In this document: positions 1 to 12,541 of the stretch, in pieces
How the letters are laid out: the number at the start of each line of letters is the position of its first letter
Numbering within the stretch: position 1 is the first letter of the stretch
Assembly (NCBI RefSeq): GCF_001194135.2
Contig: NC_068986.1
Span: 23,253,512 to 23,313,166 of the forward strand
Source: Octopus bimaculoides
Taxonomy: Eukaryota
Direction: 5' to 3'
Length of the DNA: 59,655 nt
Notes under the pieces: generated by a model
What the model was told of the DNA's origin: nothing
What the model saw: the letters and a program-made list of their open reading frames with translations, nothing else
Databases searched by the model: none
Program-made: the position numbers and the translations under genes

Positions 1-714
1 ATGTATATGGGTGTGTGCACATATATGTGCGTATTTGTGTTTCTTTGTCTTGACTTTAGTTGTAAATTAGCATCAGTGGTACAAATGAGTTTGTTCTTTT
101 CCATTTTTCTATGGAAACTTACTTGGTGATGAGAAAAAAAACCCAAAAAAATCTCCTTTGGAAATTGGTGAAGGTTGGTGACAGGAAAAGCATCCCACCG
201 TAGAAAATTTGCTTCACTGAATTCCATCTGATCTATGCAAGCATAGAAAAGTGGACATTTACTCGATGAGGTTTATGGTGCTGTATATAAATATCAATCC
301 CAGTATTTGACTGATATTTTGTTGTACTGAAAGTGGGAAGGCAAATTTGACATTTGAACTCAGAATATGTAAGGCTGAAACTGAAAATTGCAAAGCATTT
401 TCTCTAATGTGTTAATTATTCTGACAATATACAAGGACATCATCATCATCACCATTATCATTGTTTTAATGTACACTTTTCCATGCTTTCATGAGTCAAA
501 TGAAATTTATTGGAGTAGATTTTCTACAGCTGGATGCCCTTCCTGTCACCAACCTTTAAATGTTTTCAAGCAAAGCAATATTTCTCCTTGGCTAGACATG
601 TTTTAACAGAAAACTGGGAACGGATGAGCACCACTTGTATGATGGTGATGTTTGTTTATAACCATCAAGTCATACTAGGACATGAAGAGAGGGAAAGAAA
701 GAGAGAGACGCCTG

Positions 715-762
<48 letters not shown>

Positions 763-1957
763 GTTTCTTTCAGTATCCTACTGACAAGGTTTTTGTTGGC
801 AAGGCACTGTAGTAGAAAATACATTCTCAAGATGTCATGTTGTGGGGACTGAACTCGTAACTGTGTGGTTGGGAAATAAACTAGTTAACCACACAGCCAC
901 CAGACTCTGGATAAAATTTTTCTTTTNNNNNNNNNNNNNNNNNNNNNNNNNNNNNNNNNNNNNNNNNNNNNNNNNNNNNNNNNNNNNNNNNNNNNNNNNN
1001 NNNNNNNNNNNNNNNNNNNNNNNNNNNNNNNNNNNNNNNNNNNNNNNNNNNNNNNNNNNNNNNNNNNNNNNNNNNNNNNNNNNNNNNNNNNNNNNNNNNN
1101 NNNNNNNNNNNNNNNNNNNNNNNNNNNNNNNNNNNNNNNNNNNNNNNNNNNNNNNNNNNNNNNNNNNNNNNNNNNNNNNNNNNNNNNNNNNNNNNNNNNN
1201 NNNNNNNNNNNNNNNNNNNNNNNNNNNNNNNNNNNNNNNNNNNNNNNNNNNNNNNNNNNNNNNNNNNNNNNNNNNNNNNNNNNNNNNNNNNNNNNTGCTA
1301 GCATCTTGATTTGGATTTATGAATGGAATGTAGGTCTGTGTATGTATGTGTTTTTTATTTTCATTCTGGCAAATTGAAACAAGAACAATCCTGTCTTGTT
1401 CAGAGCACAACAATATGACAGGCTTAATCTCTGAGTTATCGTGCCTCATATCTACAAAAATAAAATGCACTTGTACATACATACATACATACATACATAC
1501 ATACATACATACATGCATACATTACACTCACATACATATTAATAGGTGTTTATTTATGTTCCAGATAAAACTATTCCACTTCTTAAGTGCTATTGTAGTC
1601 ATTGAAGTGCTCTGGTCTAAATTTTTAATATTTCCTCCTTACATCACTCTGACATTTTTATTTTCCTGGATTGACCTGTGTTTATTGTAGACCTTCACTA
1701 CCAGTCTCTTCAAACTGTATTGGACAGAATAATTTATTTATTTATTTATAGCTTGTGAAAAGCTAATCTATAATATAATCAAATATAATTATAACTAACA
1801 GATTCAGTAAGATATAACAACTGTTTATTTTGCTGTGTGCTTGGACTTAGGACTATAACACATGATTGTACCAATAGCAATAACAATGGAGACAATAAAT
1901 GACCTAGTTTTGGTTCATTAAATGAACATTATTATTTAATAAGGATTATATCATATA

Positions 1958-2145
1958 GGTACAGGTATGATTGTTTGGTAAGAAGTTGGCTTCCAAGCTA
2001 CATGGTTCTGGGTTCAATCCCACTGCATGGCACCTTGGTGCTGTGGGCAAGTGATTTCTACTATAGACCAATCAAAACTTTGTGAATGGATATGGTAGAC
2101 AGAAACTTAAAGAAGACCATCTATGTATATGTATATATATATATA
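1958..2145 (+). mobile_element. tRNA-derived SINE family A (5' part, decayed)
   Basis: Head tgattgtttggtaagaagttggcttcc..gggttcaatcccactgc (A/B boxes) and body gcaagtgatttctactatag..ggtagacagaaact, ending in its internal (TA)n where the mariner begins. Confidence 0.75.
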
Positions 2146-3190
2146 TTGGGTCATCCCATAAATAATATGGTTTTTTTCAACTACATGAACTAAAAGTCGT
2201 TGGGGGATGGGATAAACTACCTGCATCAACTTGCTATAAAAGCTGGTAGTAATTTTACATTGTCTTTATTCTTAGTGCAAGTTTTGAAGAGTGCAGTTCG
2301 ATTTGAACAGTTATTTTTTCAAAGCTATAATGGAAGTGACAAAGGAGCATATTCAGCGTATTTTGCTTTATGAATTCAATAAAGGCAACAATGCAACAGA
2401 AGGTGTGAGGAATATTAATGCAGTATATGGGGATCGGATAATAAAAGTAAGCCAGTGTCAATGTTAGTTCCAGAAATTCTGAGTTGGAAACTACAGCCTA
2501 GAAGATGAGCCTCATCTTGGAAGATCTGTTGAGCTCAGCGAGGACATCCTGCAAACCCTGGTGGAACAAAATCCCTTGTAACTGTTGAGGAACTAGCAGA
2601 GATTTGATCATTCAACCATTCATTGACACCTGCATGCCATCAGAAAAATCAGCAAACTGGGTTAATGGGTTCCTCACAAGCTTTCTGAGTCTAATCACGT
2701 GCAGAGAGTGAATGTGTGCTCTTCTTTGCTGTCATGTCTCACGAATGAACCTTTTTTGGACCGAATAGTGACTGGTGATGAGAAATGGGTTCTCTATAAA
2801 AATATCAAGCACTGAAGACAGCGAGTAGGTAAAGGAGAAACACTGGCACCCCAAGCTAAAGAAGGTCTTGACCCAGGTAAGGTTTTGTTATCTGTTTGGT
2901 GGGGTATGAAAGGTTTAGTCCACTTGGAACTTTTAAACCCAAACCAAATGATAACAAAGGAGTTCTGTTGTGAGCAGCTTGAGTGGCTTAAGTCAGCACT
3001 AGAAGAAAAACAACCATCTTTAGTTTCAAGATGAGAGGTGTTTTCCATCAAGATAATGCTCAGCCACATACAATGAGGATGACATTCCAAAGGCTAGAGC
3101 AGTTTGAATGGGAAACAATGCCCCACCCACCATATTTGCCAGACATTGCCCTATCTGATTATCATTTATTCCACAGTCTTCAAAATCATT
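2146..3190 (+). mobile_element. Mariner (DD34D) transposon relic, 3'-truncated; transposase pseudogene from ATG 2330
   Basis: TA followed by terminal ttgggtcatcccataaataa. Frame-broken translation gives MEVTKEHIQRILLYEFNKG..., WVPHKL, FLDRIVTGDEKWVLY and HQDNAQPH...PHPPYLPDIALSDYHLF (34 residues between the 2nd and 3rd D). Multiple stops and frameshifts; no right TIR seen. Confidence 0.92.
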
Positions 3191-3377
3191 CTCAAATGAA
3201 GTTCCTCGGAATTCTTGGGTTCCGCAAAAGGTTCCTAGAAGTTCCCCAATAGAGATAAGCTAATTCTAATTTCTTGATCGTAATATTACATTACATACAC
3301 AACATGTTATTGGTTATTGTAATATTGTAATCATCTTATCTAACCTATTCTGTTAGATAATATAACAACCATTGGGG

Positions 3378-3418
<41 letters not shown>

Positions 3419-3564
3419 GGTTATGAGTGATAGTGGTGTCAATTAGACCCAGAGGTTTCAGGTAATGCTGAGTAAGTGCTATGGATAGACCATAGTTAAG
3501 CTCCAGGTTAGGTGATTATGTGAATAAGAGATCCAATGCAGGTCATATATCAGCGTGTGAATAT

Positions 3565-3872
3565 AAGGATGTATTTTTCGTAATTAGAAAAAAAGCAAGG
3601 CTGTGTGCATTATAGAACATTTATAAATAGAAAGTGTTACAGCTGTTTCCAGGATGTTTATTATATCCCTTCATCAGAGACGGTGTGAGAGAATGGTTAC
3701 TCTCTATTTCCTATCTTATCTAAATTAACTATTGCTTAACCACCCTCTCACACCATCTCCGATGAAGGGATACGATAAATATCCTGGAAACTGCTGTAAG
3801 ACCTTCTATTTATAAATGTTCTATAATGCACACAGCCTTGGTTTTATATCTCATTATGAAAAATAAATCCTT
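3565..3872. repeat. Fold-back (about 135-bp arms, about 37-bp spacer), each arm with a minimal hammerhead-like motif; Penelope-like inverted pLTR
   Basis: Arm 3565-3699 is the reverse complement of 3737-3872 (roughly 85-90% identical by eye). Minus strand: GUCU CUGAUGA AGGGAU..AUCCUG GAAAC AGCU GUA ACAC. Plus strand: AUCU CCGAUGA AGGGAUA..UAUCCUG GAAAC UGCU GUA AGAC. Confidence 0.8.
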
Positions 3873-3873
3873 A

Positions 3874-3912
<39 letters not shown>

Positions 3913-5247
3913 ATTTACCATGTGAAGTATGATGGAAAAAATATGAGAATGATATGATATATAATTTTTTGGAGTGCAGGGGTTCCTTGAGACATGTAAT
4001 TTATTTTAAGGGTTACGCAAAGGTAAAAAGGTTGAGAAACACTGCTCTAGAAGAACATCTATAGCAACAATTTAGAAACAAATGAGACAATGAGAGAGCA
4101 TGGTTGATTTTGTTTTTACTTTGTCAGAATAGAAAGAGCAGTATTTCTCAATATGTCCATGACTGGTGGTGGTGTTGGTCGTAGTGGGGTGGAAGGAATT
4201 TATTTCAACCTGGTGATTTGGCCCAAATGCCTAGGGCCAGGGCCCCACTAGAGGCATCTAAAGCAGAAGATTAGCTTGATCTACTAGAAATAGTTGCCAA
4301 ATATCCCTGAATTCACACTGTACTATTTTAAAATATTTTAGATAATGTTGTACTAGAGACACTATGTCTGAAAGAAAACAAATAAAATAGTCATAATCGG
4401 AATGTCTTTCCTGATAAATCTACTGGATTAGGGGTGAACTGGTAGAAATACCAATCTTGGAATGATAATTACTAAACGAGTTTGCCACTCTTTCAAAACA
4501 TGTCTGTTGGGTTTTGTTAAACTTTGTTATGCAGATTGATTTCTTGTGTAGGCAACTCTTTCAGAATTAGGATATGTAAACCAAGAGATTAGGACTTGTG
4601 ATGTTATCTCTTGAGATGCTGATGAGTCATTAGAAAATTTTTAGATTTTTCACTGCTTGAAATATCTATCATTTTTATTTGATGCTATAAACGCCGCCGC
4701 AGCAGCAGCAGCAGCAGCAGCAGCTATGTCTGCAAAATTACTATGATGGGTAACATATCATAATGATTCACTTAACTTGCTAGAAAATGCAACCAAATTT
4801 TCACTCAGATCACACCTTCGTCATCATTGTCATCGTCCATTTACCACAACTTTTGCTTGTGTTAATGGAAACACCACAGATCCTTCCCTTTAACAGTCTT
4901 CATAAGTTCATCACCAGTCATATCACAATTCTCTTCCATAGACAATTTTCTTTTTTCTTTTGGTTTTTGTATTTCTATTGCATCCTTCAGTTTAATTCCC
5001 AAGGCATTTATCATTATGATGTCTGTTTCTGTTTTCAATTTCCTTACTGTGGATATTTCTATTTCCAGTCCAGTTCTTTATTTGGATTGATTCTCTGTTT
5101 CTTTCCTGGATATATTGTCGACCCATTGTTTGGAAGATGTTTCTTTTCCTGATAGTCTTTGACAATAACATCTCTTTGTCTCTAATGAATCAATGTCTTG
5201 AAATAACAGTCGCTTTGTTATTCTCTGATTCCTGTCATAATTAAGCT

Positions 5248-5640
5248 GCATGACCTAGTGGTTGCAGGGCGGCGAGCTGGCAGAAACGTTAGCACGCCGG
5301 GTGAAATGCTTAGCGGTATTTCGTCTGCTGTCAACGTTCTGAGTTCAAATTCCGCTGAGGTCGACTTTGCCTTTCATCCTTTCGGGGTCGATAAATTAAG
5401 TACCAGTTACGCACTGGGGTCGATGTAATCGACTTAATCCCTTTGTCTGTCCTTGTTTGTCCCCTCTATGTTTAGCCCCTTGTGGGCAATAAAGAAATAA
5501 GACCTAGTGGTTGCAGTGTTCAGCTCATGGTCCTAATGTCCTGGGTTCAATTTAATTCTTGGACCAAAGAGCATGTTGTGTCCTTGAGCAAGGTACTTTA
5601 TTTCTTGTTGCTCCAGTCTACTCTGCTGTAAATAAAGACC
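5248..5640 (+). mobile_element. Older tRNA/CORE-like SINE family D, interrupted by the family C copy
   Basis: After removing the insert it reads gcatgacctagtggttgcagtgttcag..gggttcaatt..tccttgagcaaggtactttatttcttgttgctccagtc. The reverse complement occurs at 28298-28601 and 54230-54497. Confidence 0.7.
5268..5500 (+). mobile_element. Full-length tRNA-derived SINE family C with 16-bp TSD
   Basis: Head ggcggcgagctggcagaaacgttagc..gagttcaaattcc, central gtcgactttgcctttcatcctttcggggtcgataaattaagtaccag (resembles the MetaSINE central domain, from memory), tail aataaagaaataa. Flanked by gacctagtggttgcag at 5252-5267 and 5501-5516. Confidence 0.9.
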
Positions 5641-7495
5641 AGCTGAGAGCAAGTGTAGTTCTCTCTCTCTCCCTCTAGCTGTTATATCCTGGATGTTCTA
5701 TTGAGTCAAAAACAGGAGAGCAGGGTGGGGTGGCTATGTCTAATCCACTACTTCATGAGCAGCTAAAACAATGAATAAAAGCATGGTACATGTTACCAAT
5801 CCTTGCTTGTTCATGGGATGACCGATTCTCTTTTGTGCCATCTCTTTTCTGTAAGTTATTGTTGTTATTCTGTCCCAATTCTATCTTAGCAGACCTATGA
5901 CCATCACAACTGTTTTTAATACAGACTTATAGTTACACACACACACACACACACACACGACAAGGCATAAATAATGGTTACTACATATTTTACTTCATTG
6001 TCCTAAATTTGACTTACAGCTGTTTCCAGTAGTCATTATTGGTTTGTTATTGATAGGTTTACTCAATTGATTGAGAAAAATTGAATGACCTAGAAAATTA
6101 ATGCTATTTTCATCAGAGTCATTTCTGGTTATATATATATATATATTTATATATATGAGGGGATTCTGCACAGTTTCTGCCTACTAAATTCAACTTATGA
6201 ACACATCGGTCAGCTGGTGCTATGATAGAAAATACTTATCTGAGGTGGGACTCACTAAGACCAAATCTGGAACCAAAGCATTGTAAATTAAACTTCTTAC
6301 CCATCCAACCATGCCTACACTCAAATAGCAATATCTGCACCTTATTTCTATAACTTATATTAATTCCAGATCAATATAATTTGGTAGAAAGGAAACAGTT
6401 GAGTGGAGATGGCATTAAGTCTTTAATTCATGGATGTTAAGTTCAAATTTGTTGTAGAACAGAACATTTTGTGTGTTTGGGCAGGTTTGTTTAATTCTAC
6501 ATTTCTCAGTCCACCTAGCTTTTGGAAATTGGTACTGGATTGTCTGGTTATTTGAAATAACCTGGCACCTTATTCTTCGCAGAGAGGCTTTTCTACTTTC
6601 CTTAAAACTGTGAAATTAAAAACTTGATCCTCAAAATGTTCTTTGGTAGGATTAACAGATGTTTATATTTGACTCTAGAAATCAATATATTTTTTTTAAT
6701 GCTTTAAGCTACTGAAGCCAGTCAGGCAGATAACATACATTTTGTGGGCTTATTCTATAGATAGACTTCCAATAACATTTAGAGGACATCCCCTTTTATA
6801 TTCAAACTCAGACATATGAACATACACAAACACCCACACATATACATGTCACAGAAGCATCACACACATACATGAACATTATGCGCACACACACATACAC
6901 ACACACAGAGATCAAGGTTGATCATTTTGTTATGGTAATCAAAGCTCCTATACTAATTGTTTAGAATAAAGAAGACAAAATGACAAAATTACTGGTGGTA
7001 GGTTTCCACAATGAACCATTCATGCTGCTAGTTTACCATTCATTGTGCCAAACCCCACAAGCAACAATTACGTTTGTATGAATATGTATGGAAGCTTTTA
7101 GAAATCAGTTTTGTTCTTCTAGAATTACAATTCAAAAATAGTCTCATCCTTTAGACATTTATTACTGTTGGCCTTTTATATATTATGCTCCAGTTTAAAT
7201 AAAACCTGTGTCATTAGACTCCATGTTATTTCTGTTGTTTTTTCCCAGTAAGCTTAATATCATTCTTTTTCTTTCTTTTTCATCTGATCACTTCAATACA
7301 TTGCTTTTGGTGAATAGTTGTCTTTGATGACTGAAGATGTTTCTGTTGTGGTTGTCATGTCTTATTTTTATCCCCAGTAACGTTCTGGCTCAGGTTACAT
7401 AATCTAATAAGTCTACCCTTTTTTTAATAACAGTTGGGTGTTATTTGAGGAAGATTTGACTGTTGTTTCTAGCAAATTGAACAATTGCTGTACTG

Positions 7496-7818
7496 CAGGC
7501 CTGGCCAATTCAAGTTATTCTGTGGGCCACTTTAATCACAGAAAGTTTTTTTGAGGGCCGCTTGTATACTGACAGAATTGAAAGCATTTTGCTTTCTCAT
7601 GCCATTAATACAATAATGAATAAATGATTGTTGATTCAACATGAAATTGCAAAACAGTAGTATCTTTATTTATCACTTTTCAATACAAACTTTAATTTTT
7701 GATAAAATTAAAAAAATATTTGTTTTGATAAACCCATTTGAAGAAAATATCAAATGGGCCGCAAGATAAAAGTCTGTGGGCCACATGCGGCCCACAGACT
7801 TCAGGTTGGCCAGCCCTG
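7496..7818. mobile_element. hAT-type MITE
   Basis: 13-bp TIRs caggcctggccaa / ttggccagccctg (1 mismatch), subterminal gggccg/gcggccc motifs, and decayed 8-bp TSD ctgtactg / ctgtatta. Confidence 0.7.
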
Positions 7819-8186
7819 CTGTATTAAGTTCCATACAAATACACAAATAATAGATCTATATGTTTTCATTCTTACTCTTTCTTTCATCTGATAATCTCTC
7901 CATTTTAATCCTATTTTGGCTTATCTTTCTTTTGGAGGGTAGTTTAACTGGTGTTAACGATGATTTAATGCAGATAACATAAAAAGGTATTTTAATTATT
8001 TTGACACGTTTGTGTGGTTAGAAGTTTCCTGTAACCTGATAGCTGTGATATTCTGCATTTCAAATGGCTTTCTGGAATGACAAATGTTTGTCTTCAGAAA
8101 GTCAAGCAGGACAAATACCACACTGGGTATTTTATTCAAAAGCATAGTTTGGTTTTGTTTGTTTTTCTTATACACACACACACACA

Positions 8187-8235
<49 letters not shown>

Positions 8236-9475
8236 CAGGTGCCTGCACAGATTTTGTCTACTGAATTGCACTCATAGGTCATTGATTAACCTAAGGCTAT
8301 TGTACAGACACCTGAGGTGTCATTCAATGAGATCGAATTTAGGATCACATGGCTGTAAAGTGAACTCCTTAGCCATGCAGTTTATACTAGCGCACACACA
8401 CACACACATGGCACATGCACACACATGCACACAGGCATTATTTATATGAATAGATCTGTGTCAACAAACCTGTAAGTCAACATAGCTAAGTGACGAATGA
8501 ATGTTGGATTGGCAAACAAAATTTAAAGGTCTCTAAGTGACAAAAATATTCTAAAGACTAGTTCTACACATAGATTTCATTGGATTCTGAAGCAGCTTAC
8601 AGATTAATCCCTCTTTGGATTATATACTGGTCTATCTCTCATAAGTATATATAGAAGTTCATCTAGTATTTATTCCTTCTTGTTTTTCTCTCCCATTGAA
8701 TTGCCACTACTTCCCTTATCATTCTCTGTTTCTCTTTCATCCACCTTGAATTCCTATTCTCCCCTCTTTGCAAACATGTAAATAATAGATTTATAAGACA
8801 TTATTATCTTGGTCCTCACTCTTTCTCTCTTCTTATAATCTCACCATTTTAATCCCGTTTCGTCTCCCGTTTGGAGTGTAATTAAATTGGTGATAACATA
8901 ATTTAATGAAAACATTGAAAAAGGTATTTTAGTTATTTTGATGAGTATGGAAGATGACTCTAGACATATTCTGACCTTATTGTGACCTCTTCAGAAAACC
9001 ATATACTTAATTGTTCTTGCTGAAATAGTGATTAGAGAATCACTAAGTAAATATACAATATTGTATATTTGTTCATCTAGAGACACATTTATTAAGTCTT
9101 TAGATATTTAAGAAAGAGAGCATTGAAAATTAACTGGAAATGACAAAACCTTGAGGAATCAACAGTATTCTATTTGTCTGACAAATTGACCCTTTAACTG
9201 CTAAATTAAATTTCATGGTTATTCCAGTTATGATACTAAGTATCTACCAAAACTAGAATTGGTATTTTCTGCCAGTCACATTACCTTAGTAAATTTGACA
9301 TATTTCAACAGAAAAGTTTCAAACATGACGTTCCTCATCAAAAAAAGATAGATTGATTGATTGGTATAGAAATCTGTTTTCTGCAGTTAAGGGTAATGAA
9401 ATCTTTTGGTGGATATATCTGCTTTCCACTGAAAAAAGGGTTAAGACAGCTCTTTGGCTATGTTTATTCCCTTTT

Positions 9476-9885
9476 TTTTTTTTACTTGTTCAGTTATTAG
9501 ACTGTGGCCATGCTGGGGCATCACTTTGAAGAATTTTTAGTCAAATGAATTGATCCTTGTACTTATTTACTTCTTTGAAGCCCAGTACTTATTCTATTGG
9601 TCTCTTGTACTGAACTGCTAAGTTATAGGGACATAAATACACCAAAACCAGTTGTCAAGTGATGATGGGGACAAACATGGACACAAAAATACACACACAT
9701 ATTTATATATATATGATAGACTTCTTTCAGTTTCTATCTACGAAATGCACTCATAAGGCTTTGGTCAGTCTGAAGCTATAGTAGTATAGTAGACACCTGC
9801 CGAAGGTGCCACACAGTGGAACTGAACCTGGAATCATGCAGTTGGGAAGCAAGTTTCTCACCTCCAACAGTCACGCCCATGCCTG
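9476..9885 (-). mobile_element. SINE family A, near full length, decayed
   Basis: Reverse complement of the family A head, body and 3' tail (ttacttgttcagtt..ccatgctgggg). Confidence 0.8.
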
Positions 9886-10634
9886 TGTGTTGTTATTTGT
9901 TTTTATGTTCCTCTGAGATCAACTTTTTTCATCCTTTCGTGATTGATAAATAAAATCCTGGTTCAAAGTTATTGATTAGTAAAATTTTTTGAGTACTGGT
10001 TGAATTGTCTTACATTTTTCTGTTCTAGCTCTTTGCATACAAAGTTCAAATTATACTTCTTGTCACCAGCCCTCCTCTTGGGGGTGAAATTGTTCATTTG
10101 GGATTTTCTGTAAGCTTATACAGGGAGATCTTAGCTCAATGAACAAAGCACTATATGATCCATCATAGTTTAAATATCCATACATTAGACAGCATTTGTT
10201 CAAGCATATTTTCTCTACCAAATGCCCTTCTTGTCACCTCACCAATCCTTACTTGTTACCAAGAAAGATGATATTTCCTCTTGCCTGGACATGATTTCAT
10301 GAATGACACTGATTACATACCATCATGTGATATCAAGACAAGGTCAAAAATACACACACACACGTGCACACACACGTGCACACACACGCACGTGTACACA
10401 CACACACGTGCACACACACATCAAATAGGCTTCTTCCAGTTTACGTCTATGAAACCCACTCACAAGGCTTTGGTCAGCCCAGTGCTATAATGGAAGACAC
10501 TTGCCCAAGGTTCCACACATTGAGACTGAACCCAGAACCCTGTGGCTGGAAAGCGAACTCCTTAACCACATTCCCATTCCAACACCTGTACACTATAAAT
10601 AAAATTAATACTTATACGTATCTTTCCTTCATTG

Positions 10635-11210
10635 GACACTAAACTCTGCTTGCAAAAACCTGTTGAGGCAAGTGAAATTGAAATCGAACCAAATTCGATG
10701 ACTGGCATACATGCCAGTCATCGAACTGCACCGTCCAAGCGTTATCATTGCCAGAGCAGCTGTCTGGCTTCCTTGACGGTGGTACGTAAAAAGCACCATT
10801 TGAGCGTGATTGTTAGCAGCGTTGCCTTACTGGCACTTGTGCCGGTGGCACGTGAAAAAACATTTGAGCGAGGTCGTTGCCAGTGCTGCTGGACTGGCTC
10901 ATGTGCAGGTGGNNNNNNNNNNCGAGGTCGTTGCCAGTGCTGCTGGACTGGCTCATGTGCAGGTGGCACATAAAAAACACCATTTGAGCGTGGCCATTGC
11001 CAGTACCACCTGTTTGGCCCTTGTGCCAGTGGCATGTAAAAAGCACCCACTACACTCTCAGAGTGGTTGGTGTTAGGAAGGGCATCCAGCTGTAGAAACT
11101 CTGCCAGATCAGATTGGGGCCTGGTGCAGCCATCTGGTTCGCCAGTCCTCAGTCAAATCGTCCAACCCATGCTAGCATGGAAAGCGGATGTTAAACGATA
11201 ATGATGATGA
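10635..11210 (+). mobile_element. SINE family B (internal 66-bp units, RTE-like 3' tail, (GAT)n end)
   Basis: Units ending gtggcacgtaaaaagcacc, then ggttggtgttaggaagggcatccagctgtagaaac...catgctagcatggaaagcggatgttaaacgat(gat)n. The tail resembles RTE-clade LINE 3' UTRs (from memory). Confidence 0.8.
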
Positions 11211-11496
11211 ATATAATAAATATATCAAGTTTAATAAACTATAAATGAAATAAATTCGATTCTCCTGCATGGCTGCATTCCAGTGATTGAAACATGTAAA
11301 AAATAGACAATAAAAAGATTTAATAAAATAATAAAATCAGTTTGATAAATAAACTTAAAAATAACTATTGGCCAAAAAAGTTATGCTCTATTGACTGAGT
11401 TATGCTGGCAATGAGGAAGTCTCTGTGTGTTTGGTTGTCCTATTAAAAATAGCAGTCAAATCCTTCTCAAATCACACTAGCTATTTTTTATAAAAT

Positions 11497-12160
11497 AGTG
11501 GCATGTAAAAAGCACCATCCGAGTGTGGCTGATGACAGTGCCCCCTGACTGGCTTCCATGCCGGTGACATATAAAAAGCACTATCTGAATGTGATTGTTG
11601 CCAAAGCTGCCTGACTGTCTCCCGTGCTGGTGGCACATAAAAAAGTACTGTCCAAACATGATCGATGCCAGGGCTGCCTGATGGGCTCTTGTGCTGGTGA
11701 CATGTAAAGAGCACTATCCGAACGTGATCGATGCCAGGGATGCCTGACTGGCCCTGTGCTGGTGGCACATAAAAAGCACTATCCGAACGTGATCGATGCC
11801 AGAGCCGCCTGACTGGCTCCCTTGCCAGTGGCACATAAAAAAGCATTATCTGATTGTGATCGATACCAGGGCTGTCTGACTGGCTCCCATACTGGTGGCA
11901 TGTAAAAAGCACCATCCAGACGTGATCGATGCCAGGGCCACCTGACTGGTTTCTGTGCTGGTGGCACATAAAAAAATACCCACTACACTCTTGGAGTGGT
12001 CGACATTAGGAAGGGCATCCAGCTGTAGAAACATTGCCAGATCAAATTGGAGACTGGTGCAGCCACTGGTTCTCCAGACCTCAGTCAAACGATCCAACCC
12101 ATGCCAACATAGAAAAACGGACGTTAAACAAGGATGATGATGATGATGATGATGATGATA
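11497..12160 (+). mobile_element. SINE family B with 7 tandem 66-bp units
   Basis: The motif gtggcacataaaaagcac recurs at 11498, 11564, 11630, 11697, 11762, 11828, 11895 and 11961, followed by the RTE-like tail and (GAT)n. Confidence 0.85.
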
Positions 12161-12505
12161 TTTTAGAGTACACATGGTAATGTTGTCCTAGATTATTATA
12201 AAAGATGAATTGGCCATAGCTAGAAATGTCTTTCACTCTAAGCCTGCAGAAATGAGATATATCCACTGAAAATTTCATTAGCCTTGAATGCAGAAAGCGG
12301 TTTTATATATCAATGTATCTTTTGTTGAGGAATGTCATGTTTGAAACTATTCTTTTGTTGAGGTGTGTCAGGTTTATTGAGGCAAATGGGATTTGTAGAA
12401 ACTGCCAATTCTGCTTTTGAGTAGATATTTAAATTCCTTCTTGGGATAACCATGCACTTAATATTGCTTTTAAAGAGTTAAACAATATTCACACACACAC
12501 ACTCA

Positions 12506-12541
<36 letters not shown>

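Noticed and set aside
4619-4640. CUGAUGAG...GAAAA motif
   Set aside because: No pairing for stems I, II or III. Chance match.
4693-4746. (GCC)(GCA)n run followed by ATG, resembling a 5' UTR and start
   Set aside because: The ORF is only MSAKLL*, with no ACBD homology and no suitable donor.
10635-10682. Possible 3' half of an HDV-like ribozyme at the SINE B 5' end (cttgc..gcaag-tgaa)
   Set aside because: The P1/P2/P3 partners are absent in this copy and the spacing is not right. It cannot be supported without a full-length consensus, although RTE elements are known to carry HDV-like ribozymes.
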